Source: a virus. From it: DNA of 64,000 bases. A model generated the notes under the pieces. That model saw only the letters and a list, made by a program, of their open reading frames with translations, searched no databases and had not been told where the DNA came from. The position numbers and the translations under genes were made by a program. Positions 1-9,571 of this stretch are shown one piece after another; positions within the stretch are counted from its first letter, which is position 1, and each line of letters opens with the position of its first letter. The stretch lies in the IMG/VR virus record IMGVR_UViG_3300045988_176357, positions 1 through 64,000 of that record, one strand, 5' to 3'.

Positions 1-66
1 AGAGAAACCTGGCGGTACGTAACGAGTACCGTTGAACAGAACCTTGGTGTGTACACATCAAGACAG
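1..66 (+). ncRNA. group I intron, 3'-terminal portion (5' part lies upstream of the window)
   Basis: nt 1-53 identical to 2468-2520 (3' end of the intron at 2222-2541). The nrdD reading frame resumes right after position 66. Ends in G. Confidence 0.55.
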
Positions 67-1654
67 TGGAGGACAAGTCGTGTTTTCGTCCATTAATCTG
101 GGAACATGTGTGAAGCCTGGCGGTCGCCTTGCTACAAAGGCGCTGCTTAAGGCTATCGACGACGGCATCGGAAAGGGTGTAACGTCGTTGTTCCCAATCG
201 TAATCTTTAAGTTGAAGGAAGGAGTAACATATAGTCCACAAGACCCGAACTATGATTTGCGTCTGTACTCAGAGCGTGTGACCGCCAAGCGCATGTTCCC
301 CAACTACAGCAACCTCGACGCTCCGTACAACCTCAAGTACTACAAAGAGGGACATCCGGAGACAGAAGTTGCTTACATGGGTATGGCAGCTGGCAAGCAT
401 AAGGTACTGCTGCAAGATCCCGACATCCCAATGGAGGGATATCCGAGTGACCAGAAGGATTTTGCCATGTATCAGATGACCTTCGAAGACCTCTGGTACG
501 CAGTTGTAAAACTCGGAGGCGTTGTACGTAAGTTCGATGATACTACAGAGTACGTCGATCTGGAAGCCGATAACGTTCGCGTGGTTGCTATCTATGGAAG
601 AGAGCCCGACAAGGATTCCATGGATTACCGCGCCAGAAAACTGACACGAGTGAGAAAGATCATGCGCTGCAGCAAACCTGCACAGGGGCACACGTGGAAA
701 GACGTGTATGTGTACGGAACTGAAGACGGAAGCTACACAAGTACAGAGAAGCCTGTACGTAAAGTTCTGACGCTCACCAGCGATCATCCTCTGGCTCTTG
801 TGAAAAAAGGCAGAACACAGGTATGCGACATTCAATACGGTGTGGCTGGCGACAGCCTGCGTACGTATGATGGGTGCACGCAGGTACTGGACATCAGAGA
901 CAGCTCTTACACAGGATACGGATACGACATTGAGACTTACTCAGATATGTTCGTGCTGGACGACGTCATCAGTCACAACTGTCGTACACGTGCCATATCC
1001 AACGTCAACGGTCCTGAGATCGTCACAGACAGAGGCAACCTCAGCTTCACGACGCTGAACCTTCCAAGGTATGCCATAGAGGCATCCAGAGAAGGAACCA
1101 GTGAAGAGGAGCGCATCGAGATCTTCTTCAAGAAGCTCGACAAGTACCTTGACATTGCACGCAGACAGTTGGAGCACAGGTACAAGATCCAGTGCAACCG
1201 CAAGGTGTATAATCTGCCGTATGTCATGAAGCAGGGAGCTTACATGGGATCCGAACATCTCAGTCCTGATGACACCATACGCAAGGCCATCGAGAACGGT
1301 ACGCTGTCGTTTGGGTTTGTCGGCTTAGCGGAAGCATTGGTGGCTCTGACTGGACACGACCACACCGAAGGCGAACAATACCAGCAGTTGGGTCTGCGCA
1401 TCGTGAAGCATATGAGGGACTATGCCGACAAGCTCACTGAGGAGCAGCACATGAACTGGTCACTCATTGCTACACCTGCAGAGAGCGTGGCAGGCAAGAT
1501 GCTTCGCAAGGATCGCGCTGAGTTCGGTGTGATACCTGGCGTGACAGACAAGGACTATTATACCAACAGTAACCACGTGCCTGTATGGAGGAAGATCAGA
1601 GCTTCTGAGAAGATTCGCTTGGAAGCACCGTATCATGAGTTGACAAACGCGGGT
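67..1654 (+). CDS. nrdD: anaerobic ribonucleoside-triphosphate reductase NrdD, internal exon
   Basis: Translation carries class III RNR motifs (GNLSFTTLNLPRYA, IATPAESVAGK, DYYTNSNHVPV, LEAPY..L.NAG). Frame is open from window start. Exon ends at U1654 where similarity to E. coli NrdD (FEAPYPPLANGG|FICYGE) breaks and an intron core begins. Confidence 0.8.
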
Positions 1655-1994
1655 TGTTATATGGCTCGCTTTAAACAAGGTGAACGCAAATCAAAGCGGT
1701 GTGCAGCATAAGCTGCGCTAACGGTATCAGTTAGATAAGCACAGACGAATACGCTGACTAAGAAACGCTACGGTCCAGCAATGGATAGCAGCCGATACCG
1801 TGCCAAGTAGAAGGATACATATGATTATATGGTCTTCTAAAGGTGTAGAGACTAAAATATCTGCAGCAAACATGACAACAAACAGACGTGCTCAGATAGA
1901 GAGGAAGGACAAAGATACCTTCCGTAGTGCCTTGCTCAGCTACATAGCTGAGAAGAGATAGTCCGACACATGCTCGAAAGAGTTGAAACAAAAG
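1655..1994 (+). ncRNA. group I intron interrupting nrdD
   Basis: 340-nt insertion between in-frame NrdD segments (..LTNAG | HIAYVECEGDP aligns to E. coli ..LANGG FICYGEYPN). Contains a P7-like pair: R-like gctgactaagaaacg and S-like agagatagtcc. 5' exon ends in U, intron ends in G. Confidence 0.65.
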
Positions 1995-2221
1995 CATATA
2001 GCATACGTCGAATGTGAGGGTGACCCGAGGCAGAATCTCGATGCCCTGCATACTTTGATAAACATCATGCATGACGCAGGCGCAGGATACTTCAGTTTCA
2101 ATCATAAGATTGACACATGTACTAACTGCGGTTACAATGGCATCATTGGTGATGTTTGTCCGAGTTGCGGACAGAAAGAGACGCCAAGTCATCCATTTGT
2201 ACGTCCGAGAAGAATAACTGG
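1995..2221 (+). CDS. nrdD: NrdD exon: C-terminal Zn-ribbon and glycine-radical region
   Basis: HIAYVECEG..CTNCGY..CPSCG..VRPRRITG matches the NrdD C-terminus (CxxC..CxxC then RVCGY glycine radical loop). The frame breaks right after RRITG. Confidence 0.75.
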
Positions 2222-2541
2222 GTCTATGATGGCCCCTTCACACCGCGAGGTGTGTCGAACAAGAAAGTGAATTGCTGGGACACCTTAACGGGTCATGCCG
2301 AAGGCAATCAGCATCCGAGCCATGCGTTCGACAGAACGCCAGCGCATGGAAGGTTCATCGACTATCCCGAAAGGGAGTACCCGACAAGTGAAGGGGAAGC
2401 ACTCTGGCTCAGGAATGAGTCAATGATATAGTCAGTGCACTGCAGAAATGCAGTGAGTGGTCTCGGGAGAGAAACCTGGCGGTACGTAACGAGTACCGTT
2501 GAACAGAACCTTGGTGTGTACAACATCAAGACAGATCTTAG
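2222..2541 (+). ncRNA. group I intron interrupting the nrdD glycine-radical motif
   Basis: 320-nt insertion. Joining ..ATAACTGG to TTACGAG.. restores RRITG-YENRFNSAKTAELNARVTHA (compare NrdD RVCGYLG..RPFNAGKQEEVKRRVKH). R-like ggttcatcgactatccc and S-like aatgatatagtcagtg. About 200 nt at the 5' end are nearly identical to 9170-9420. Ends in G. Confidence 0.7.
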
Positions 2542-2605
2542 TTACGAGAACAGATTCAACTCAGCCAAGACGGCTGAGTTGAACGCAAGGGTAACACATG
2601 CCTGA
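2542..2605 (+). CDS. nrdD: NrdD terminal exon
   Basis: Encodes (G)YENRFNSAKTAELNARVTHA then stop TGA. Overlaps the nrdG start by 8 nt. Confidence 0.6.
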
Positions 2606-3137
2606 AATCAAAGTATTCGGTATCGTTGAGGAGGATGCTGTCAACTTCAACGATGGATTCGCGATGACAGTGTTCTGTCAAGGCTGCACGCATCCGAAAG
2701 GTACGCCTTTCATGGATGCTTGCGGACACTGTATAGGCTGCCACAATCCGGACACACACAGTCTGGAAGGCGGAACAGTGTACACGACAGAAAAGCTGTT
2801 CGAGCTGCTGCACGGGAATCCCGTGCATAAAGCACTGGTGTTGAGCGGCGGCGAGCCTATGGTGCAGGCTGAGGCTCTTGCGCCTTTGTGCGCAAGGGCG
2901 AAGGAGGCTGGCTACAAGGTGTGGCTGTACACAGGCTACACCTGGGAGCAGCTTCAGACAGTACCTGGATGGGCTGCCATAGCTCCGCATCTCGATGTGC
3001 TTATAGACGGTCCTTTCATAGGTTCACTTAAGAGTCACCGCCTGAAGTATCGCGGCAGCAAGAACCAGCGCATACTGAACGTACAACAGTCGCTTGCCAG
3101 AGGTAAACCTGTACTGTACAGGAAAGCTTCGGCGTAA
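2598..3137 (+). CDS. nrdG: anaerobic RNR activating enzyme (radical SAM) NrdG
   Basis: Intact ORF directly after nrdD. Cys-rich N-terminus (FCQGCTHP..CGHCIGCHN) and YTGYTWEQL motif. RBS aaggg upstream. Confidence 0.85.
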   Translation: MPEIKVFGIVEEDAVNFNDGFAMTVFCQGCTHPKGTPFMDACGHCIGCHNPDTHSLEGGTVYTTEKLFELLHGNPVHKALVLSGGEPMVQAEALAPLCARAKEAGYKVWLYTGYTWEQLQTVPGWAAIAPHLDVLIDGPFIGSLKSHRLKYRGSKNQRILNVQQSLARGKPVLYRKASA

Positions 3138-3141
3138 CCAT

Positions 3142-3176
3142 GGCCCCCTGTGAGGTAACACTTGCAGGGGGCTTTT
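3142..3176 (+). terminator. rho-independent terminator
   Basis: ggccccctg..cagggggc hairpin followed by a T-run. An identical hairpin recurs at 12925. Confidence 0.7.
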
Positions 3177-3192
3177 AATAAAGGAGAACGAA

Positions 3193-3549
3193 ATGAAAGC
3201 AGCAGAGCTTGATACAAAAGACGTCACAGTAATACGTACAGAAAAACGGTACATACTCAATGAGAGCGTGTTCGAGCTGGACGAGTGTCCTGACTGGGCT
3301 CAGTACGCAGCTGTAGATGCCGATGGGGAAGCCTACTGGTACAGCGTAAAGCCGTCGCGCGTTGAAAGCGACTGGGTTGACTTTTATGGTCGTATCCGTT
3401 TAATCCGGGATGGTGATAACCCGGTCATTTTCGATGCTACCGGCTGGCAGCACAATCTTATCGAGCGACCCAGGAAGGCACTTGAGATTACCATGTCGGA
3501 CATTGAGAGGCAGTTTGGGTGCAAAGTGAAAATTGTAAAGGAGAATTGA
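3193..3549 (+). CDS. hypothetical protein; C-terminal domain is paralogous to 5552..6187
   Basis: Intact ORF with RBS aggaga. Its C-terminal 60 aa (WAQYAAVDADGEAYW..ATGWQHNLIERPRKALEITMSDIERQFGCKVKIVKE) recur in the 5552..6187 protein. Confidence 0.6.
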   Translation: MKAAELDTKDVTVIRTEKRYILNESVFELDECPDWAQYAAVDADGEAYWYSVKPSRVESDWVDFYGRIRLIRDGDNPVIFDATGWQHNLIERPRKALEITMSDIERQFGCKVKIVKEN

Positions 3550-3550
3550 A

Positions 3551-4465
3551 GTGCGAATTCCTAAGAATAAACCTATAATAGGGTATAAGGCATTCACAAA
3601 AGACTTGCAGTGTCGCGGGTATCAGTTTGCGATCGGTAAAGAATACCACCATAAAGGTCCTATACAGCTGTGTGCCAAAGGTTTCCACTTCTGCTCATCA
3701 GTAGATAAAGTTTTCGATTTTGCTCCGTATGAACTGAATCCTCAAACAACAAGGGTATGCTCGGTCTTAGCCTGGGGAAACATGCAAGAAGACACTAGGT
3801 CAGTAAAATACGTAGCTTCCAATATCCGTGTCATCAGAGAGTTGTCGATACAGCAGATATTGTCAGCTGCAAATTTCAGTGGCAGCAATTATGGCCGGTA
3901 CAATAGCGGTTCGTTCAATTACGGCAACTATAATACAGGTCGTGAAAACCTTGGCGACGGGAATTGTGGGGTAGGTAATTACGGCAACAATAATTATGGC
4001 AGCTTTAATTGGGGCAACGGTAACAGCGGCAACCATAATTTAGGGAACCATAACACAGGTTGCTATAATTATGCCAATTTCTGTGCAGGTACCTTATGTA
4101 CAGTATCCCATTCACCTTCTACATATATGTTCAACAGGCCTTTAACACTTGATGATGACCTCCGGATGCAAAGATACGGTTTCCCGGCGTTTTTCTGTTA
4201 TGTAAAACCTGTAATTGTTATCGATCAGCGAGATGTTGCAAAGTATAGAGGGTACATCAAAATTGACGACTACACTGAAGCTTTTGATGACCTAAGCATG
4301 TTGCGTACTGTGTCTTGGGAATCCTTGTGGCGGTTTGCACTTGCGAAAGCCAAGACTGAAAGAACCTGGAAAAAGCAACTTGAACACCTGGTTAATTTGC
4401 CTAACTTCAGTTATGCAGTCTTCGAAAGTATTACAGGTATCAGTAAACAGCAAATTCTAGAATAA
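3551..4465 (+). CDS. repeat protein with YadA-head-like N(Y/N)G repeats
   Basis: Intact ORF. Central SGSNYGRYNSGSFNYGNYNTG..GNYGNNNYGSFNWGNGNSGNHNLGNHNTGCYNY repeat array. GTG start inferred. Confidence 0.55.
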   Translation: MRIPKNKPIIGYKAFTKDLQCRGYQFAIGKEYHHKGPIQLCAKGFHFCSSVDKVFDFAPYELNPQTTRVCSVLAWGNMQEDTRSVKYVASNIRVIRELSIQQILSAANFSGSNYGRYNSGSFNYGNYNTGRENLGDGNCGVGNYGNNNYGSFNWGNGNSGNHNLGNHNTGCYNYANFCAGTLCTVSHSPSTYMFNRPLTLDDDLRMQRYGFPAFFCYVKPVIVIDQRDVAKYRGYIKIDDYTEAFDDLSMLRTVSWESLWRFALAKAKTERTWKKQLEHLVNLPNFSYAVFESITGISKQQILE

Positions 4466-4478
4466 TGGAAGTGATAAA

Positions 4479-4940
4479 ATGACTGACTTTGAAAAACAAT
4501 GCTATAAAAAGTACCCTGTGTATCTGCAGGGACTGAACCCTGAAAACGAGCAGCACGATACATTTACAGGCTTCGAGTGCGGAGAAGGGTGGCACGAAAA
4601 CCTCGATAACTTCTTCGAATCGATGGAAAACCTGAACAAGATGCTCATGTTGACAGGCAACCCGGACTACTACTTTACCGCATGGCAGGTCAAGGAAAAG
4701 TATGGGATGATAAGCGTGTACGATGGTCTTGTGACTCCTGAACACGCTGATGACAAACTTGTGGACTGTCTTTCTGATTTACAGGAAGCTATTCACAGCG
4801 AACTGGACCTTGCTTGCAGACGCACCTGCGAGCACTGCGGAAAGGATACTGTGCATCTGTGCAAGACTCATGGTTACGTGCAGTACCTGTGTGAACCGTG
4901 TGCAGAAAAGACCGGGAGGGTGTATGTCCGTCTCACCTAA
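4479..4940 (+). CDS. hypothetical protein with C-terminal Cys-rich Zn-binding motif
   Basis: Intact ORF with RBS ggaag. C-terminus CRRTCEHCGKDT..CKTHGYVQYLCEPCAEK. Confidence 0.55.
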   Translation: MTDFEKQCYKKYPVYLQGLNPENEQHDTFTGFECGEGWHENLDNFFESMENLNKMLMLTGNPDYYFTAWQVKEKYGMISVYDGLVTPEHADDKLVDCLSDLQEAIHSELDLACRRTCEHCGKDTVHLCKTHGYVQYLCEPCAEKTGRVYVRLT

Positions 4941-5568
4941 GCTTATGATATGGTGTACCTGTGCCAACACAGACGATCTTCGGTATTATGACCGTGTTGT
5001 AAAGTGGTACAAGCACGTTAAATCGTTTCCAGTTGTGGCAGACTTGTATGTGTTCAACGATGGTCCTGTATCCGATGCAGGAAAGAAACACATAGCATAC
5101 GACAACAGCAACAGCGATCTGACATGGATCGAGGAGCGGGAACCTCTGGACAGGAAAAGCTCAAGAAACTTCCCCGGTTGGAGGCGCGCTTTTGCTCATG
5201 CGATGTTCGTCAGTCTGAACTATGACTACTGCTGCCATATCGAGAACGATGCTCGTATTCTCAATGTACCTGAGGTGTGCAGCTGGATGTATACGAAAGG
5301 GACGTACGCATTCTACGATCTTCATTATAACACAATCGAAAGTGCTATAATGTGTCTCAACGATGTTAACGTCAGACGTGCTTATGCGACCGTATTCAGT
5401 CAGCATGAAATGCAGCATAGTGATACGATGTTTCAGACACAGCTTGAGAACCTCATAGACTCTCCTGTAAGTATACTCAACAGTTACCGGCTGGAAGGCA
5501 GACTGCCGGAAGCATTCAGAGGAAAGAATCTGGATGCATTGTGCCAGGTAGGTGCTGATTATGACTAA
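4924..5568 (+). CDS. hypothetical protein
   Basis: Intact ORF in the same frame as track ORF 4750..5568. Start chosen at the internal ATG overlapping the upstream stop (MSVSPKLMIWCTC..). Confidence 0.45.
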   Translation: MSVSPKLMIWCTCANTDDLRYYDRVVKWYKHVKSFPVVADLYVFNDGPVSDAGKKHIAYDNSNSDLTWIEEREPLDRKSSRNFPGWRRAFAHAMFVSLNYDYCCHIENDARILNVPEVCSWMYTKGTYAFYDLHYNTIESAIMCLNDVNVRRAYATVFSQHEMQHSDTMFQTQLENLIDSPVSILNSYRLEGRLPEAFRGKNLDALCQVGADYD

Positions 5569-6187
5569 CGATTTTATTGTCCTGTGCCTGATGCTGTCTA
5601 TTTTCTTGTTCTGTGCGATAACTTATATATTGGACAGGAGATTGAAGCGTGTTGAGAAAGAAGTTGCGCAACATATAGAGTCGCAGAAACAAGCTCTTAC
5701 TGAAGCCTTCTTCAGTCTACAGTATAATTTGGAAGACTATCCTGATGTGTTTGAACCTATGTGCCTGGTGCTCAAGTCGCTGAGCTTGTCTTATCCGAAA
5801 GTAAGGGCCGAGATTGGGGACGCATATGCCAAGTGTAGATCGGAGAGGAAGCTTAACAGACAAAGTAAGACACCTCAAAAGAAAAAGTTTGCGCTTGTAC
5901 CTGTTGTCTTCAGCTTACCGGAATGTCCAAGTGATGCCAACTGGGCAGCTGTGGATGCGGATGGCAGTGCGTATTGGTTTGTTGATAAGCCGGTCATTTC
6001 CGGAAAGTGCTGGGTACGACGTCAGACAAGCTGCGCGGCAAAGTGTATTCTCCCCGAAGCCTTTGATGCTACCGACTGGCAGCACAGCCTTATCGAGCGA
6101 CCCAGGAAGGTACTTGAGATTACCATGGCTGACCTGGAACGGAAATATGGATGTAAGGTCAAGGTTGTAAAGGAGGCACAGGTGTGA
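5552..6187 (+). CDS. membrane-anchored protein with a C-terminal domain paralogous to 3193..3549
   Basis: Intact ORF. N-terminal TM helix (FIVLCLMLSIFLFCAITYIL). The C-terminal 75 aa are homologous to the C-terminus of 3193..3549. Confidence 0.55.
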   Translation: MLIMTNDFIVLCLMLSIFLFCAITYILDRRLKRVEKEVAQHIESQKQALTEAFFSLQYNLEDYPDVFEPMCLVLKSLSLSYPKVRAEIGDAYAKCRSERKLNRQSKTPQKKKFALVPVVFSLPECPSDANWAAVDADGSAYWFVDKPVISGKCWVRRQTSCAAKCILPEAFDATDWQHSLIERPRKVLEITMADLERKYGCKVKVVKEAQV

Positions 6188-6402
6188 ATTACATATTAGG
6201 CGTATTATTGCAGCTTGCCGGAGTCTGCTGGTGCGCTTTTATAGTCTGTCGCATTATTCACGATGTCATGACAGATGGAAAAGAACTTAATGCCGCCTGT
6301 CATGAAGCTACAAAAGAGCTTGCGTATCCCGCAGTCCTGTTTGCTATCTCTTTGCTGTATCTTATTATATGCGCTGTATCTGATGTAATAAAACACATGT
6401 AA
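6184..6402 (+). CDS. small membrane protein
   Basis: Intact 72-codon ORF with two hydrophobic segments. Start overlaps the upstream stop. Confidence 0.4.
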   Translation: MNYILGVLLQLAGVCWCAFIVCRIIHDVMTDGKELNAACHEATKELAYPAVLFAISLLYLIICAVSDVIKHM

Positions 6403-6413
6403 AGGAAACTGCA

Positions 6414-6593
6414 ATGAAACTTCTATATATAGGAATACCGTTGCTGATATGGACAATGTCAGCTGTCGGTATCCTGATATGTACTTACCTTAACTCAAAC
6501 AAGAACGCCGGACTTGAAAGATTCTTCTGGGGGTCGGGTATAACATCAGGTCTGTTGCTTGGTATGGGAGTAATAGCTACAAAGTTATTCTAA
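6414..6593 (+). CDS. small membrane protein
   Basis: ATG after RBS aaagga. Product MKLLYIGIPLLIWTMSAVGILICTYL.. has two TM helices. Confidence 0.4.
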   Translation: MKLLYIGIPLLIWTMSAVGILICTYLNSNKNAGLERFFWGSGITSGLLLGMGVIATKLF

Positions 6594-6603
6594 GAGAATA
6601 AAG

Positions 6604-7758
6604 ATGCTGAACCGTGAACTGTACAACAGACTTCGCACTGTGTTCAAAGATGTTCATGTGCAGTACGAGAATGTACAGCCCAAACTGAGACTGTTGCGAT
6701 GGCCGAGGCTGATCAACGGACAGCTGCGTGAGTGGGAATTCGACAGCAGAGGTTCAGGGGAGACGTACCAAATCAACTGTCCTGTATGCGGCGACAAGAA
6801 GGGGCACTGCTATATCTCGGCACTGTCTTTTACCAAGCCTCGTATAGGCGACCGCATCCTCACACCTGCACCTTTGCTCATACACTGTTTCAGGCGCAAC
6901 TGCTTCAGCGGTAATCCGGAAGCCAGGGAAGCTCTCACGCAGGTCCTCAAGTCCAGTACACCAATGGAACTTGATGTCGGCGAAGAGGATTGCTTCTCAG
7001 GTGCGCAGGAGCTGCAGCAGGACATACACAGGAACACAGAGGCGAACCTGCTTAAATGGCAGCCCGATTATCATCCCATAGATCATGATGCTCCTGCAGA
7101 GGTGCTTGACTATGTAGCCAAGCGCGGCATACAGGAACGTGACATCAAGGAACTCAAGATAGGGTGGGGTCGGTGCTGGAACTACAAAAAACAGAACTTC
7201 ATAGGCAACGGTAACTGGTTGCAGTTTCCTATCATCGATCAGGCCGGTCTCAGAGGCTTCCAGTCACGCCAGCTGCACAGCGACGGCAACCTGAAGTACT
7301 TCTTCGACACCAGAACACCCAAGAAGATGTGCCTATACAACAGAGAGCGTGCATCCAGCTTCCATATCGTAGCCATAGCCGAAGGCATCATCGATGCGCT
7401 CCATATAGGTCGCTGCGGCATGGCGTTCTTTGGGTTCGAGCCGAGTAAGGCACAGGTGCGTCTTCTGCAGCAGGACGGTGCGAAGCTGGTACTCTACATA
7501 CCAGACCAGAAGAAGCATTATACACCTGACGGTGTCTGTGACCTCGATCCGCCAAAGATAGCGGACACACACATAGAGCAGTGGCGCAGACAGCACCTGT
7601 TCGAGTGGGGCTGCTACAGAATCGATGTGCCGAGAGCTGATGCAGGGGAATGCACAACGGCGGAGATATGGGACGCCGTAGTGAAGCAGCTTGCCTACAA
7701 GTACAAGGTCGACGACTGCGTACTCGAAGTTCTGTTTAAACAACTGGAAAGAATATGA
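6604..7758 (+). CDS. DNA primase (Zn-finger plus TOPRIM, DnaG-like)
   Basis: CPVCGDKKGHCYIS..CFRRNC zinc finger and TOPRIM-like VAIAEGIIDALHIG. Confidence 0.7.
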   Translation: MLNRELYNRLRTVFKDVHVQYENVQPKLRLLRWPRLINGQLREWEFDSRGSGETYQINCPVCGDKKGHCYISALSFTKPRIGDRILTPAPLLIHCFRRNCFSGNPEAREALTQVLKSSTPMELDVGEEDCFSGAQELQQDIHRNTEANLLKWQPDYHPIDHDAPAEVLDYVAKRGIQERDIKELKIGWGRCWNYKKQNFIGNGNWLQFPIIDQAGLRGFQSRQLHSDGNLKYFFDTRTPKKMCLYNRERASSFHIVAIAEGIIDALHIGRCGMAFFGFEPSKAQVRLLQQDGAKLVLYIPDQKKHYTPDGVCDLDPPKIADTHIEQWRRQHLFEWGCYRIDVPRADAGECTTAEIWDAVVKQLAYKYKVDDCVLEVLFKQLERI

Positions 7759-7770
7759 AAGGAACATTAT

Positions 7771-9159
7771 GTGGCAAATTTAGCAACAATACAAAAGATA
7801 GCGAAAGTACGTGAGATCGACTCCACCAAGCGTGACATATGTGAATTGCGGTTCGAGGATTCCCTGTGGCATGTCGTAGGACAAAAGAACACATATAGTA
7901 TCGGGCAGCGTGTCGTCTTTTTCGCTCCTGGCAGTGTGATTCCAAAGGACACGGAAGCTTATAAGCACTTATGTGACTTTGTACGCAGTAACGCGAAAGG
8001 AATGGAAGTCACAGACGACTGCATTCATGTACACGCCTCGTCTGTAGGCATCAAGCATAAGACACACGGTCTGGTGCTTCCGCTTTCCTTGTTCCCTGAG
8101 CTGAAGAAGATGCCTGTTCGGTCAGATGTCACAGATCGGATCGGTGTTATTTCAGAGCGAGCGCTTAACACGAACGTAATTTGTGCCTCGCCTGATCTCG
8201 TTAAGCTGCCTCAGCCTGACTGGATACCTGCACGCAAGTTTGTCGACTTACGTGATCGTCCGGAAATGTTCGGCAGGTGCCAGCACTCGCGTTTCTATGG
8301 CGAGCTTATGGTCGACGGCAGCATTCCTGTTGCCGTGTACTGTGTAAGCGACAAATATGATGCGGATCGGTTTGGCGTCTGTGTCTTCGGCAACAAGATC
8401 AAGCGCCCAAGGTATTCGCAGGCAGAGATTAAGCGACTTCTGTATCAGCAGCCAAAAAAAGAACGGGGCTGTTTGCTGTCCCTGTGGGAATTGGCTGCGC
8501 ACTGCTGTCAAAGTCTGTGGCACTGGGCTACACATACCGATCAGGAGCTGCAGAAAGAACGGGACGAACAACAGCAGGAAGTGGACGATCTGGAACTTAT
8601 GCTGTTTGAGCGCAACGATCTGTGGAACACAATTGAGATCGAGAACATTGAACCAGCATTGAGCGAGTGGCAGCGCCGTACAGGGCGCAGCATAGTAGTC
8701 TTCTTCGAGTGGGTAGGACCTGACATACAAGGTAACCCGGAACGATATCCAGACCACAGACTGTATGCCAGTGATGTGTACGACTTGGATGGACAGAAGT
8801 GGCTGCTGCCCAAAGAACGTGAACTGTTCCTCGACGGTATCAGCAAACGGATACGCCAGGTAGTCAAGTGCTACCATGACTATCCCTTTGCAGGCAGCAG
8901 TGTTGACTCGACAATAGGTCTTGTAGCGGATATCTGCAATAACCGCAACACAGGGAAAAAGGGCATAATATTCAAGAGCTCGCAGGAACCTTATATGACT
9001 TTCAAGGTGCTCAGCGATCTGTACGGCAAGAAAACCAAAACGAGACTCAGCAAGGCAGCAACAGCCAATGACTACTTTGCTGCGCAGGAACGAAAGAGAA
9101 AGGAAAAGCAGGAAAGGTATCAAAAAGCGTATCCGCAGGCGAGACAGCCTGCAATGTGA
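7771..9159 (+). CDS. hypothetical protein (462 aa)
   Basis: Intact ORF with RBS. Lys/Glu-rich C-terminus. Ends with TGA exactly where the IStron-like element begins. Confidence 0.6.
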   Translation: MANLATIQKIAKVREIDSTKRDICELRFEDSLWHVVGQKNTYSIGQRVVFFAPGSVIPKDTEAYKHLCDFVRSNAKGMEVTDDCIHVHASSVGIKHKTHGLVLPLSLFPELKKMPVRSDVTDRIGVISERALNTNVICASPDLVKLPQPDWIPARKFVDLRDRPEMFGRCQHSRFYGELMVDGSIPVAVYCVSDKYDADRFGVCVFGNKIKRPRYSQAEIKRLLYQQPKKERGCLLSLWELAAHCCQSLWHWATHTDQELQKERDEQQQEVDDLELMLFERNDLWNTIEIENIEPALSEWQRRTGRSIVVFFEWVGPDIQGNPERYPDHRLYASDVYDLDGQKWLLPKERELFLDGISKRIRQVVKCYHDYPFAGSSVDSTIGLVADICNNRNTGKKGIIFKSSQEPYMTFKVLSDLYGKKTKTRLSKAATANDYFAAQERKRKEKQERYQKAYPQARQPAM

Positions 9160-9502
9160 TGCGCTTAAAGGTACCTTCACACCGCGAGGTGTGTCGAATA
9201 AGAAAGTGAATTGCTGGGACACCTTAACGGGTAATGCCGAAGGCAATCAGCAGCCGAGCTTATGGATGCCCGGACCGGGTGCCATAGGAAGGTTCATCGA
9301 CTATCCCGTAATGGGAGTACCCGAGCAGCCTTGCAGCGATAGCAGCAGAAGCAAGGGGAAGCACTCTGGCTCAGGAATGAGTCAATGATATAGTCAGTGC
9401 CTTGTGGAAACACAAGGAGTGGTCAGGAGTGACACCCTGAAACCTGGCAAGGTTTGGTACACCTTGCTGAACAGAACCATGGTAGTTAACACATCGACAA
9501 TG
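9160..9502 (+). ncRNA. group I intron moiety of the IStron-like element
   Basis: 9170-9420 is a near copy (point substitutions only) of nrdD intron 2230-2460, including R (ggttcatcgactatccc) and S (aatgatatagtcagtg) elements. The 3' part is diverged but shares aacctggc..gaacagaacc..acatc.aca. Confidence 0.65.
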
Positions 9503-9571
9503 AAATTGCGAACAATTACTTGAACTTTTAATATACATGCGTATATTATATGCGTACAAACAAGAGGTTCC

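Noticed and set aside
32-1711. Treating track ORF 32..1711 as a complete gene starting at Met32
   Set aside because: The frame is open from the window edge. Its product is an internal part of NrdD and the upstream 66 nt copy an intron 3' end. The C-terminal 19 residues after ..TNAG are intron-encoded read-through.
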